A DNA stretch of 64,000 bases, taken from the NCBI RefSeq assembly GCF_009914755.1, contig NC_060939.1; one strand, 5' to 3'. This DNA comes from the human T2T-CHM13v2.0 reference genome, Homo sapiens. The notes below the pieces were generated by a model. The model was not told the DNA's origin, searched no databases, and saw only the letters and a list, made by a program, of their open reading frames with translations. Positions within the stretch are counted from its first letter, which is position 1; each line of letters starts with the position of its first letter. Made by a program: the position numbers and the translations under genes. Positions 1-12,077 of the stretch are shown here, one piece after another.

Positions 1-1060
1 GAATGCAATCAACATATGAAAAGATATTTGATCTCTTTAGGAAAAAGGGAAATTCAAAGTAAAATTACAGTGAGAAAGTCATGAAAGTCACCAGATTGGC
101 ATAAATTAGAAAGCCCACCATTTGTCAAGAGTGAGGAGGAACTAACTGAACACTTACACTGCACTGATCAGGGTGTGAATTGGTCAATCACTTTGGAAAA
201 CAACATGGCAGCAATTCCACTCCTAGGTATATACCTCTGTGCTGTTTCCTCCCAACTGGGTGTACTGCAATACACTTCTGACACTAACCACCCAGTCTGT
301 GAAAACCCCACAGGCCAAGGGCAAAGTTCTCCACTGGACTACCCTCCATTCAGATGCCACATACACTTCTGATCAAGTGATTATAAATTGGGGAATTCCC
401 AGTGGCCCCCCTCAGGTTCAATAATTTGTGATAATAACTTACAGAACTCACTAAAAGCATTATACTTACAATTATAGTTTTATTTATAATAAAATAAATA
501 TGCATAGAGTGGGTCTCGGACCCTGACCCAAACTCAGAGATCTTATGCCCTCTCCTTGTGAGTCAGGGCACATCACCCTTCCAGCACACCAACCAGGAAA
601 CTCCACTGACCTTTGTCCTGAGTTCTTATTAAGGTTTCATTACACAGGCAAGTTTGATTGAATCATTGGCAAGGTGACTGAACTTGGTCTCTAGCCCCCT
701 ACCTCTCCCAAGAGCTCAGGCAGCTGAAAGTACCAACCCTCTAATGCTCAATCTTTTTGACGACCAGCTCCATCCTGAAGCTGTGTAGGAATCCACTGTG
801 AGTCACCCCATTATCATAACAAAGACACTCCTATGGCTCAGGAATTTCCAAGGGTTTTGAAGCTCTGTGCTGGTAACCGGGAACAAAGACCAGACAAATT
901 CTTTACTATATAATAGCCCTAGAGAAACTCTGCATATGTACCTCAGGAGACATGTATAAGAGCACTACGTGTAATAAACAAAAAAGGAAACAGCCTACAT
1001 GTTCTTGGGTGTATTGCAATAAATTCCTACAGTGTGATACTGTATATACAGTGGTGATAG
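1..1060 (+). mobile_element. Old L1 (L1M-type) ORF2-end/3' fragment, split by a MER21 LTR
   Basis: L1 motifs (AACATATGAAAAGAT, CACTTTGGAAAACA, GCAATTCCACTCCTAGGTATATACC). L1 resumes after ~915 as CCTAGAGAAACTCTGCATATGTAC. Confidence 0.7.
238..915 (-). mobile_element. MER21-family LTR
   Basis: Reverse complement begins ...TTTGTCTGGTCTTTGTTCCCGG...CTTCAAAACCCTTGGAAATTCCTGAG, which is MER21-like. It interrupts the L1 fragment. Confidence 0.7.
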
Positions 1061-1733
1061 TGGTGGTGGAGTTACTGATTGGAAAAGGAAGAGTAAGAGC
1101 CACGTACCCCTCCCGCCTTCCATAGTGGTGGATCAGAAGACTCTCCCTTGAGATTAGAGGTGACTCCAAATGTAGGGAACTTGTGTGTTCACCTTGATTT
1201 AAGATTTTTTAATGCAGAAGTCTCACCTAAGTGCCTCCCTCACCAGTAAGTATGAGAGGGTTGACTACTCTGCCCTATCACATCAATAACCATTAGCTTC
1301 CTGAGGTCCAAGGGCCATAAAAAACGACTCAGTTTCTCTTGATCACCCCAAGAGGTCAACGATTATCTAAGGCACAAGAGTAAGCTAGCAGTGCCACACA
1401 TAACACTGGTGGAGGCCAAAAGTGGCCAGCGAGGCACCTCTGAGAGGCATCGGCAATAGGAACTCAACATGCAGCCAAAATGGCAAAGGAAATCTGCATG
1501 TGTCACCTAGCAGAGACCACTGCACAGGCACAGACACCATTCCCAGGTCCATTTAAATCAAGAAGGCTGGCACCTCCGCTCCTGAGACCAGCACCAGGAC
1601 ACGCAGTACTCAGCCAGCAGAGAAACTCCTTAAACAGACACGCAGCTCACCTGCACCCAGATGCAACCTGATGGAGAGAGTGTCAAGGTGAGAGATAATT
1701 AACTGACATTTCCTCCAAAAAGATAAAAGTTAA

Positions 1734-2198
1734 TGTCAGGCCTCTGAGCCCAAGCTAAGCCATCATATCCCCTGTGACCTGCACGTACACATCCAGATGG
1801 CCAGTTCCTGCCTTAACTGATGACATTCCACCACAAAAGAAGTGAAAATGGTCTGTTCCTGCCTTAACTGATGACGTTCCACCACAAAAGAAGTGAAAAT
1901 GGCCTGTTCCTGGCTTAATTGATGACATTATCTTTTGAAATTCCTTCTCCAGGCTCATCCTGGCTCAAAAGCTCCCCTACTGAGCACCTTGTGACCCCCA
2001 CTCCTGCCCGCCAGAGAACAACCCCACTTTGACTGTAATTTTCCTTCACCTACCCAAATCTTATAAAACGGCCCCACCCCTATCTCCCTTTGCTGACTCT
2101 CTTTTCGGACTCAGCGCGCCTGCACCCAGGTGAAATAAACAGCCTTGTTGCTCGCACAAAGCCTGTTTGGTAGTCTCTTCACACCGACACACATGAAA
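1734..2198 (+). promoter_or_regulatory. HERV-H 5' LTR7 (465 bp; promoter/enhancer)
   Basis: LTR7 sequence with U3 repeats at 1797-1929, TATAAAA at 2062-2068, a GC/GT box, and AATAAA at 2134-2139. Confidence 0.95.
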
Positions 2199-2200
2199 TT

Positions 2201-2218
2201 TGGTGCTGTGACTCAGAT
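2201..2218 (+). other. Primer binding site complementary to tRNA-His
   Basis: TGGTGCTGTGACTCAGAT versus the expected TGGTGCCGTGACTCGGAT. Both differences are CpG-type transitions. Confidence 0.9.
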
Positions 2219-2341
2219 TGGGGGACATCCCTTGGGAGATCAATCCCCTGTCCTCTTGCTCTTTGCTCCATGAAGAAGATCCACCTATGACCACGGGTCC
2301 TCAGACCCACCAGCCCAAGGAACATCTCACCAATTTTAAAT

Positions 2342-2350
2342 CAGGTAAGC
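2342..2350 (+). promoter_or_regulatory. HERV-H major splice donor
   Basis: CAG|GTAAGC about 150 nt downstream of the LTR, at the usual HERV-H donor position. Confidence 0.75.
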
Positions 2351-2855
2351 GGCCTCTTCTTACTCTCTTCTCCATCCTCTCTCACTATCCCTTAACCACG
2401 TTCTCCTTTCAATCTTGGTGCCACCCTTCAATCTCTCCCTTCTCTTAATTTCAATTCCTTTCATTTTCTGGTAGAGACAAAGGAGACACGTTTTATCCAT
2501 GGGCCCAAAACTCCGGTGCCGGTCACGGGCTTGGGAAGGCAGCCTTCCCTTGGTGTTTAATCATTGCAGGGATGCCTCTCTGATTATTCACCCACGTTTC
2601 AGAGGTGTCTGACCACGCAGGGATGCCTGCCTTGGTCCTTCACCCTTAGCAGCAAGTACCACTTTTCTGGGGGGCAAGAACCCCCCAACTCCTTCTCTCC
2701 CTGTCTCTAACCCTTCTCCACTTTTCTGAGGGCAAGAACCCACCAACCCTTTCTCCTTCACCCTTAGCGGCAAGTACCGCTTTTCTAGGGGGCAAGAACC
2801 CCCCAACCCCTTCTCTCCATGTCTCTACCCCTTCTCTGCTTTTCTGGGGGCAAGA

Positions 2856-3095
2856 ACCCCCAATCCCTTATTTCTGTACCCCAACCTCTTATCTCTATGC
2901 CCCAATCCCTTGTTTCCATGCCCCAACCTCTTATCTCTGCACCCCATCCCTTATTTCCACACCCCAATCTCTTATCTCTGTGCCCCAATCCCTTATTTCT
3001 GCACCCCGACCTCTTATCTCTGTACCCCATCCCTTATTTCTGTGCCCCGACCTCTTATCTCTGTGCCCTGATCCCTTATTTCCATGCCCCGATCC
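2856..3095 (+). repeat. HERV-H pre-gag ~20-21 bp tandem repeat (about 11 units)
   Basis: Alternating CCCCAATCCCTTATTTC / CCCCAACCTCTTATCTCTG units. Confidence 0.85.
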
Positions 3096-3184
3096 TTTTC
3101 CCGCTTTTCTGGAAAGTAAGAACCCCCAAACCCCTTCCCTCTGTGTCTCTACTCTCTCTTTTCTCTGGGCTTGCCTCCTTCACT

Positions 3185-4400
3185 ATGGGCAACCTTCCAC
3201 CCTCCATTCCCCCTTCTTCTCCCTTAGCCTGTGTTCTTAAAAACCTAAAACCTCTTCAACTCACACCTGACCTAAAACCTAAATGCCTTATTTTATTCTG
3301 CAATGCCACTTGACCCCAATACAAACTCGACAGTGGTTCCAAATAGCCAGAAAATGGCACTTTCAATTTTTCCATCCTACAAGATCTAAATAATTCTTGT
3401 CATAAAATGGGCAAATGGTCTGAGGTGCCTGACGTCCAGGCATTCTTTTACACATCGGTCCCCCCCAGTCTCTGTTCCCAATGCAACTCGTCCCAAATCT
3501 TCCTTCCCTCCCAACTATCCCCTCAGTCCCAACCCCAAGTGTTGCTGAGTCTTTCTAATCTTCCTTTTCTACAGACCCATCTGACCTCCCCGCTCCTCGC
3601 CAGGCCAAGCTAGGTCCCAATTCTTCCTCAGCCTCTGCTCCTCCACCCCATAATCCTTTTATCACCTCCCCTCCTCACACCCAGTCCAGCTTACAGTTTT
3701 GTTCCGTGACTGGCCCTTCCCCACCTGCCCAGCAATTTCCTCTTAAAAAGGTGGCTGGAGCTAAAGGCATTGTCAAGGTTAATGTTCCTTTTTCCTTATC
3801 CCAAATCAGAAGCGTTTAGGCTCTTTTTCATCAAATATAAAAACCCAGCCCAGTTCATGGCTCGTTTGGCAGCAACCCTGAGACACTTTACAGCCCTAGA
3901 CCCTGAAGGGCCAGGAAGCCGTCTTATTCTCAATATGCATTTTATTACCCAATCCGCTCCCAACAGTAAATAAAACTCCAAAAATTAAATTCCAGCCCTC
4001 AAACCCCACAACAGGACTTAATTAACCTCGCCTTCAAGGTGTATAATAATAGAGTAGAGGCAGCCAAGTAGCAACATATTTCTCAGTTGCAATTCCTTGC
4101 CTCCACTGTGAGACAAACCCCGGCCACATCTCTGGCATACAAGAACTTCCAAACGCCTAAACCGCAGTGGCCAGGTGTTCCTTCAGGCCCACCTCCCCCA
4201 GGAGCTTGCTACAAGTGCCAGAAATCTGGCCACCAGGTCAAGGAATGCCCACAACCCGGGATTCCTCCTAAGCCGTGTCCCACCTGTGCAGGACCCCACT
4301 GAAAATCGGACTGTTCAACTCACCTGGCAACCACTCCCAGAGCCCCTGGAACTCTGGCCCAAGGCTCTTTGACTGACTCCTTCCCAAATCTTCTTGGCTT
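3185..4400 (+). pseudogene. gag: HERV-H gag remnant
   Basis: MGNLPPSIPPSSPLACVLKNL from ATG 3185 with a premature TGA at 3311. Downstream KWSEVPDVQAFF. Zinc knuckles CYKCQKSGHQVKEC and CPTCAGPH*. Multiple stops and frameshifts. Confidence 0.9.
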
Positions 4401-4459
4401 TGCAGCTGAAGACTGACACTGCCGGATCTCCTCGGAAGCCTACAGGACCATCACAGACA

Positions 4460-4837
4460 TTCTGAGTAACTCTCACAGTGGAAGGTAAGTCCGTCCCCTT
4501 CTTAATCAATACAGAGGCTACTCACTCCACATTACCTTCTTTTCAAGGGCCTGTTTCCCTTGCCTCCATAACTGTTGTGGGTATTGACGGCCAAGGTTCT
4601 AAACCTCTTAAAACTCCCCAACTCTGGTGCCAACTTAGACAATACTCTTTTAAGCACTCCTTTTTAGTTATCCCCACCTGCCCAGTTCCCTTATTAGGCC
4701 GAGACACTTTAACTAAATTATCTGCTTCCCTGACTATTCCTGGACTACAGCCACATCTCATTGCCACCCTTCTTCCCAATCCAAAGCCTACTTTGTGTCC
4801 TCCTTTTGTATCCCCCTGCCTTAACCCACAAGTATAG
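4460..4837 (+). pseudogene. pro: HERV-H protease remnant (catalytic motif mutated)
   Basis: VPFLINTEATHSTLP (DTGA changed to NTEA) and C-terminal PVPLLGRDTL. Confidence 0.88.
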
Positions 4838-6830
4838 GATACCTCTACTCCCTCCTTGGTGACCGATCATGCTCCCCTTACCATCTCATTAAAACCTAAT
4901 CACCCTTACCCCACTCAATGCCAATATACCATCCCACAGCATGCTTTAAAAGAATTAAAGCCTGTTATCACTCACCTGTTACAGCATGGCCTTTTAAAGC
5001 CTATAAACTCTCCTTACAATTCCCCCATTTTACCTGTCCTAGAACCAAACAAGCCTTACAGGTTAGTTCAGGATCTGCGCCTTATCAACGAAATTGTTTT
5101 GCCTATCCACCCAGTGGTGTCAAACCCATATACTCTCCTATCCTCAATACCTCCCTCCAGAATCCATTATTCTGTTCTAGATCTCAAACATGCTTTCTTT
5201 ACTATTCCTTTGCACCCTTCATCCCAGCCTCTCTTCGCTTTCACTTGGACTGACCCTGACACCCATCAGGCTCAGCAAATTACCTGGACTGTACTGCCGC
5301 CAAGCTTCACAGACAGCCTCCATTACTTCAGTCAAGCCCAAATTTCTTTCTCATCTGTTACCTATCTCAGCGTAATTCTCATAAAAACACACGTGTTCTC
5401 CCTGCTGATCATGTCCAGCTGATCTCTCAAACCCCAACGCCATCTACAAAACAACTCCTTTCCTTCCTAGGCATGATTAGATACTTTTGACTTTAGATAA
5501 CTGGTTTTGCCATCCTAACAAAACCGTTATATAAACTCACAAAAAGAAAGCTAGCTGACCCCATACATCATAAATCCTTTCCCCAATCATCTGTTCCTTG
5601 AAGACAGCTTTAGAGGCTGCCCCCACCCTAGCTCTCCCTGACTCATCCCGACCCTTTTCGTTACCCACAGCTGAAGTGCAGGGCTGTGCAGTCAGAATTC
5701 TTACACAAGGACCAGGATCGCGTCCTGTAGCCTTTTTGTCCAAACAACTTGACCTTACTGTTTTAGGCTAGCCATCACATCTCCGTGCAGTGGCTGCTGC
5801 CGCCCTAATACTTTAGAGGCCTTTAAAATCACAAACTATGCTCAACTCACCCTCTACAGTTCTCATAACTTCCAAAGTCTATTTTCTTCCTCACACCTGA
5901 CACATATACTTTCTGCTCCCCGGCTCCTTCAGCTGTACTCACTCTTTGTTAAGTCTCCCACAATTACCATTATTCCTGGCCGGGACTTCAATCCGGCCTC
6001 CCACATTATTCCTGATACCACACCTGACCCCCATGACTGTATCTCTCTGATCCACCTGACATTCATCCCATTTCCCCATATTTCCTCCTTTCCTGTTCCT
6101 CACCCTGATCACACTTGGTTTATTGATGGCAGTTCCACCAGGCCTAATGGCCACACAGCAGCAAAGGCAGGCTATGCTATAGTACAAGCCACTAGCCCAC
6201 CTCTTAGAACCTCTCATTTCCTTTCCATTGTGGAAATCTATCCTCAAGGAAATAACTTCTCAGTGTTCCATCTGCTATTCTACTACTTCTCAGGGATTAT
6301 TCAGGCCCCCTCCCTTCCCTACACATCAAGCTCAGAGATTTGCCCCCAACCAGAACTGGCAAATTGGCTTTATTCAACATGCCCTGAGTCAGAAAACAAA
6401 AATACCTCTTAGTCTAAGTAGATATTTTCACTGGATAAGTAAAGGCCTTTCCTACAGGGTCTGAGAAGGCCACCACAGTCATTTCTTCCCTTCTGTCAGA
6501 CATAATTCCTCTGTTTAGCCTTCCCACCTCTATACAGTCTGATAATGGACCAGCCTTTATTAGTCAAATCAGCCAAGCAGTTTTTCAGGCTCTTGGTATT
6601 CAGTGAAGCCTTTATATATCCCTTACAGTCCTCAGTGTTCAGGAAAAGTAGAACGGACTAAAGGTCTTTTAAAAACACACCTCACCAAGCTCAGCCACCA
6701 ACTTAAAAAGGAATGGACAATACTTTTACCACTTTCCCTTCTCAGAATTCAGGCCTGTCCTCAGAATGCTACAGGGTACAGCCCATTTGAGCTCCTGTAT
6801 GGACGCTCCTTTTTTTATTAAGACCCAATC
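4838..6830 (+). pseudogene. pol: HERV-H pol remnant (RT, RNase H and IN pieces)
   Basis: SPYNSPILPV, YRLVQDLRLINE, SVLDLKHAFFTIPL. No YxDD motif (deleted). RNase H WFIDGSS near 6115. IN-like SDNGPAF and YSPQCSGKVERTKGLLK. Confidence 0.9.
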
Positions 6831-7444
6831 TCATTCCAGACACCAGACCAACTTGGACTGTGCCCCAAAAAAACTTGTCATCCCTACTATCTTCTGTCTA
6901 GTCATACTCCTATTCACCATTCTCAACTACTCATACATGCCCTGCTTTTGTTTACACTGCCAGTTTACACTGTTTCTCCAAGCCATCACAGCTGATATCT
7001 CCTGGTGCTATCCCCAAACTGCCACTCTTAACTCTTGAAGTAAATAAATAATCTTTGCTGACAGGACTATGCTGAATCTCCTTAGGCACTCTCTAATTAG
7101 ATGTCCTAGGTCCTCCCAATTCTTAGACCTTTAATACCTGTTTTTCTCCTTCTCTTATTCTGTTTAGTTTTTCAATTCATACAAAACCGTATCCAGGCCA
7201 TCACCAATGATTCTAAATGACAAATATTTCTTCTAACAGTCCCACAATATCACCCCTTACCACAAAATCTTCCTTCAGCTTAATCTCTCCCACTCTAGGT
7301 TCCCACACCGCCCCTAATCCCAGTCGAAGTGGCCCTGAGAAACATCGCCCATTATCTCTCCATACCATCTCCCAAAATTTTTGCCATCCCAACACTTTAC
7401 CACTATTTTGTTTTATTTTTCTTATTAATATAAGAAGACAGGAA

Positions 7445-7854
7445 TGTCAGGCCTCTGAGCCCAAGCTAAGCCATCATGTCCCCTGTGACCTGCATGTACA
7501 CATCCAGATGGCCTGTTCCTGCCTTAACTGATGACATTCCACCATAAAAGAAGTGAAAATGGCCTGTTCCTGCCTTAACTGATGACATTATCTTGTGAAA
7601 TTCCTTCTCCTGGCTCATCCTGGCTCAAAAGCTCCCCTACTGAGCACTTTGTGACCCCCACTCCTGCCCGTCAGAGAACAACCCCCCTTTGACTGTAATT
7701 TTCCTTTACCTACCCAAATCTTATAAAATGGCCCCACCCGTATCTCCCTTCACTGACTTTTCGGACTCAGCCTGCCTGCACCCAGGTGAAATAAACAGCC
7801 TTGTTGCTCACACAAAGCCTGTTTGGTGGTCTCTTCACACGGACGCGCATGAAA
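7445..7854 (+). promoter_or_regulatory. HERV-H 3' LTR7 (410 bp) preceded by a polypurine tract
   Basis: PPT AAGAAGACAGGAA ends at 7444. AATAAA at 7790-7795. Confidence 0.95.
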
Positions 7855-8035
7855 GTTAAGGCCAGAAATGAAATAAGTGCCCTGTGATTGCAAGATCACA
7901 GGTTTTCCTCATAGAAAAGGAGAGTCTAGTTTTGTTAAGTTTAGATGTAGAGGTTTAAGAAATCCATTTTCATAAACTGAAAAACTGAGTTTTATAAACT
8001 GTTCTACTTCTGAAACATTATATCCAATGGGTGCA

Positions 8036-8127
8036 TAGAGAGATAGATACATACATACATACATATATAGATACATAGATACATGATAGAGATACATAGA
8101 TAGATAACATAAACACACACACACATA
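8036..8127. repeat. Compound TAGA/TACA/CA microsatellite
   Basis: Direct reading of the sequence. Confidence 0.85.
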
Positions 8128-9764
8128 TTTGTTAATATTTTTAAACAAAATATGAGAACACACTAAGCATACTATTCTACAAATTGCTTCTTTCAATTCA
8201 TCAAGCATCATGAGCTCTTTGACCAGTTATTTACCTAGTATTTCATCATCTGAATTATATATATCATTGATTTGAAGATAATTGCCCTGCCTGCTGAGTC
8301 TCCTCTTCCAAGCAAACATCTCCAACTCCTTCTATGGCACACACCTAGACTCCTGTTGGCTTTACTCTGGAAAGTTCCAGCTTGTCACTGTCCCTCTTAA
8401 AGTGTATTGGCAGGGGATGTATCAGCTTCAGCCATGGGAAGTGAGCACAGGCAGTTGAGAGGGTGATTTTCCATGGTGTAGCACTCAGCGAAAGGCACTG
8501 GCAAGATGTGGCCCTCAACTCAACCTTCTGAAGTGCCACTTGAAAGTCTCGTGGCACTGACAATAATTCAAAGGCACTGTCTTTTGACCATGCATTCTGA
8601 TCAACCCCACCCAAGACTGGCCTTCTAATCCAGACTTAACTCTTTCTCAACCAAAATAAAACTTCTGGCTCTAGATGCTCATCTGTAGTCTGACTCCCAG
8701 AATTCTTCCAGTGCAGCTTGTAACAAGGTTCCACCTCAGGTGGTAGCGTCCCTTCTCAAGAAAAAGGAAAAGAAGCCCATTGGTAAGGATGGGACTTATG
8801 TAATGTTTGTAGTGCCAAGAAAAGGGGTGTTTTCAATCCCAGCTTGACTCCTTTCCATTCCCACCCTGGCTTCATGGGACATCAGAAAAAGGCCTCGAAT
8901 GCACATTTGTGTCCAAGCCAGCCTGTAAGTCCAAGCTCCGTTCATACAAAGAACCTCTCTCCCTAAAGTGACCTCCCCTTGGCCATCCCTCTGACCTCAG
9001 AGTGCACAGCCTGACCTCTCAGGCCCTGAAAACAGGTGGGGTCCATTTGGGCAAATAATTCCTGAATCCTGACAGCCAGGTTGTGGTCTAGAAGAGAGGG
9101 TGGACGTGCTAGGTGGGCAGGGGCTCAGCTGGAGGAGGGGGATCTCCAGCACCAAGCCCAGGTCAGAGACCTGGCTCTCCTGCTGTAAGAGAGTCCTGCA
9201 CAGCATGGCCTATGGCAGCTGGGCACCTGCAATGAGAATGGCTCCCGGGAGCAGTGACTCTTCGGTGGAAGGACGGGCAGAAACTTGCTCATTTTAGGCA
9301 GGAGAGAATATTATGAGCAAAGGAATGATGGTAAAAGAGAAGTGAGGGAATGTTAGGTGCTGCCAGTAATTCTGTACAAAGCACAAGGATGAATGTAACT
9401 GGTGGGGATGAGGGAAGGGGAGAGAGAGCAATGGGCAGGAGTGTGAAGGGCAAAGGCCATACCAGGCCAGAGAGGCTGGGCTTGGATTCTTGGAAAGCAA
9501 TGGGGAACTACACATAATTTATGCCGGGGGAGAGTGTGATTGGATTTGTATTCTAAAGAGGCAGCACTCTGCCATCAGGGGAAGTGATGGAATAGAAAAC
9601 CAATGAGAACAAAGGATAATGGCTGGGAAGATCTAGCCTGTGGAAAGTAGATGCTGTAGGGGACAGGAGGAGAAATCAGGGGTCTCAGAGCAGGCAAGAG
9701 GCAGCCTGGGGAGGACATGCCACAGAGATTATTTCAGACCTCAGTTGCATAGGAGGAAACTGCA

Positions 9765-9900
9765 AAGTTACTTAACCTCCCTGAGCCTCAGTTTCTCTGC
9801 TCTTTAAAATAGCATAGAAACTTACTGAGAGAATTTAAATGAGTGCTAATATGAATATAAATTGCCCAGACAGGCCTGAATCATAGGAAATGCTCAGAAA
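9765..9900 (+). mobile_element. MIR fragment
   Basis: MIR core AAGTTACTTAACCTCCCTGAGCCTCAGTTTCTC. Confidence 0.75.
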
Positions 9901-10574
9901 AGGAAAGCTCCCCATAGATTTTTTGGGGAGTTTGCACAGAGAGCAAATAGAATGCAGCAAAGAAAGCCTGGAAAGAAAAGTACCAGTTATTTCATAATCT
10001 TGCCAAGATCCTTTGAGCAAAAAGGGAACCAAAGAAGGAAATAGAAAAACAGGTTGGAGTGTTTTTGTTTGTTTTTGTTTTGTTTTTTTTTTTTTGGACA
10101 AGCCTTGCGGGGCACTGGGGGGGCTTCTTTGACAAGTACCCTAAAACCTGATGGCAACAAAATGGGAGCAGTTGTAATTCATTAAGAGCACACTGTTGCG
10201 AGGCTTGGGAGAACCACCCAACCTCCAGTGGCCGGCCCACCCACCCCCATCAAGAGGCACACTTTCAGGACACTGAAGTACACCACATTCTTGGAGTTTC
10301 TCCAGACTAGCTTCTGATGAAGCTGTTCCCCCAGGAATGATCACAGTGAGTCTCAGATTCCTGTGAACAAAGGAGCCAGTAACTCCCCATGACCACAACA
10401 AGTAAAACAAAGACAGCTTCAAAGATGGCACCGAGAACTGGGAACAGCAATACAGGCAGGAGTTGGAGAGGATTTCTATTGAAATCCAATGACTGAGCTA
10501 AACTATTGATCCATTTTTCTTCTAAGCCTCTACTCACAGAATGCATTCATTTAAAAATAACATTTATAAATATA

Positions 10575-10876
<302 letters not shown>

Positions 10877-11629
10877 TTAAAAATAACTTTTATAGATACA
10901 GATGCTAGATAGTAAAATCTCATTAAATGAAAACCATTTGACCATGAATCTGTGGCCATTTAATTTGGACTAATTTAAAATTTACTTTTAACCTATGGGA
11001 ACAGGGCTTCTCCACCAATTTAACCCTGTAATTAGGATGCCAAGAGATTTGGAAAACCACCTCGCACAGGTGCTTCTTCCTTGCCATTTATATCACACTT
11101 TTTCTTTTTCACTCGTGGGGTGATATTCAAAGCAAAGTTAACTTAAAGGTATAACCCTCCACTGTCACTCAATCTAGAAATAAAGTCCCTTTCTCTGTTG
11201 AGTTTAATGTCTCTTTATTTGCCATGGCAAGAATGGCAAACACATAGCACACACCCTACCCTCCATCTCACCCAAGCCCTCTGCAGGCATGACTAGCTGA
11301 TCAGAGTAAGGATCCTTCTTAATCCAGTACTTCAAAAGAAGGAAGAGATTCCAAGCATTCCTTCCTCTCAGATAATAAATTTGATGTCCTCCTTCCAAGG
11401 AGAAAACATCTATTCTGTGCCCAAGGGCCTAAGAACTGAGGTTACTTACCCAGTGGAAATAGCTTATCCATTTCAGGAAGAACTGACAAAACAGGTGGTA
11501 AGATAAGGCTTCCTGTTCCCTCACTCATTTACCAAGAAGGTGGTTAATATTAGCAGAAAAATGGTTTGGCAGACTGAACACTGAATGAAGGTCTCCTTGG
11601 ACACTTGGCATGTCCCTAGGCTAGAGCAG

Positions 11630-11997
11630 TGATATGGCTTAGCTCTGTGTCCCCACCCAAATCTCATCTGAAATTGCAATCCCCATATGTCAAGGGAGGG
11701 ACCTGGTGGGAGGTGATTGGATCACGGGGGGCAGTTTCCCCCATGCTGTTATAGTGATAGTGAGTAAGTTCTCACAAGATCTGATGGTTTAAAAGTGTGG
11801 CACTTCCCCTCCACCCCTCTTTCTCTCTCCTGCCATCATGTAAGACCTGTCTTGCTTCCCCTTCACCTTTTACCATGATGATTGTAAGTTTCCTGAGGCC
11901 TCCCCAGCCACGCAGAACTGTGAGTCAAAACTCTTTTCTTTGTAAATAACCCAGGCTCAGGTAGTTCTTTATAACAGTGTGAACATGGACTAATATA
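11630..11997 (+). mobile_element. MaLR solo LTR (THE1D/MSTA-like)
   Basis: TGATATGGCTTAGCTCTGTGTCCCCACCCAAATCTCATC...GGACTAATATA. TSD AGCAG/ATCAG. Confidence 0.85.
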
Positions 11998-12077
11998 ATC
12001 AGTGATCTAAGAAGGGGTAGAGGAGAGCAGAGTAATACAAAATGACAAAGGGAAGTCGGGGAGAAGGATTCCCAGAC

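Larger units (their letters stand above)
1734..7854 (+). mobile_element. HERV-H provirus (common internally deleted ~6 kb form)
   Basis: Paired LTR7 ends TGTCAGGCCTCTGAGCCCAAG...CATGAAA. Exact 5-bp TSD GTTAA (1729-1733 and 7855-7859). PBS, gag/pro/pol remnants and PPT present. Confidence 0.98.

Noticed and set aside
6830-7430. HERV-H env gene
   Set aside because: Only short decayed remnants remain, with no SU/TM ORF, furin site or immunosuppressive domain.
11465-11503. Possible 21-nt micro-exon (TTTCAG|...GTG|GTAAGA)
   Set aside because: Weak polypyrimidine tract and no host gene evidence. Such matches are expected by chance.
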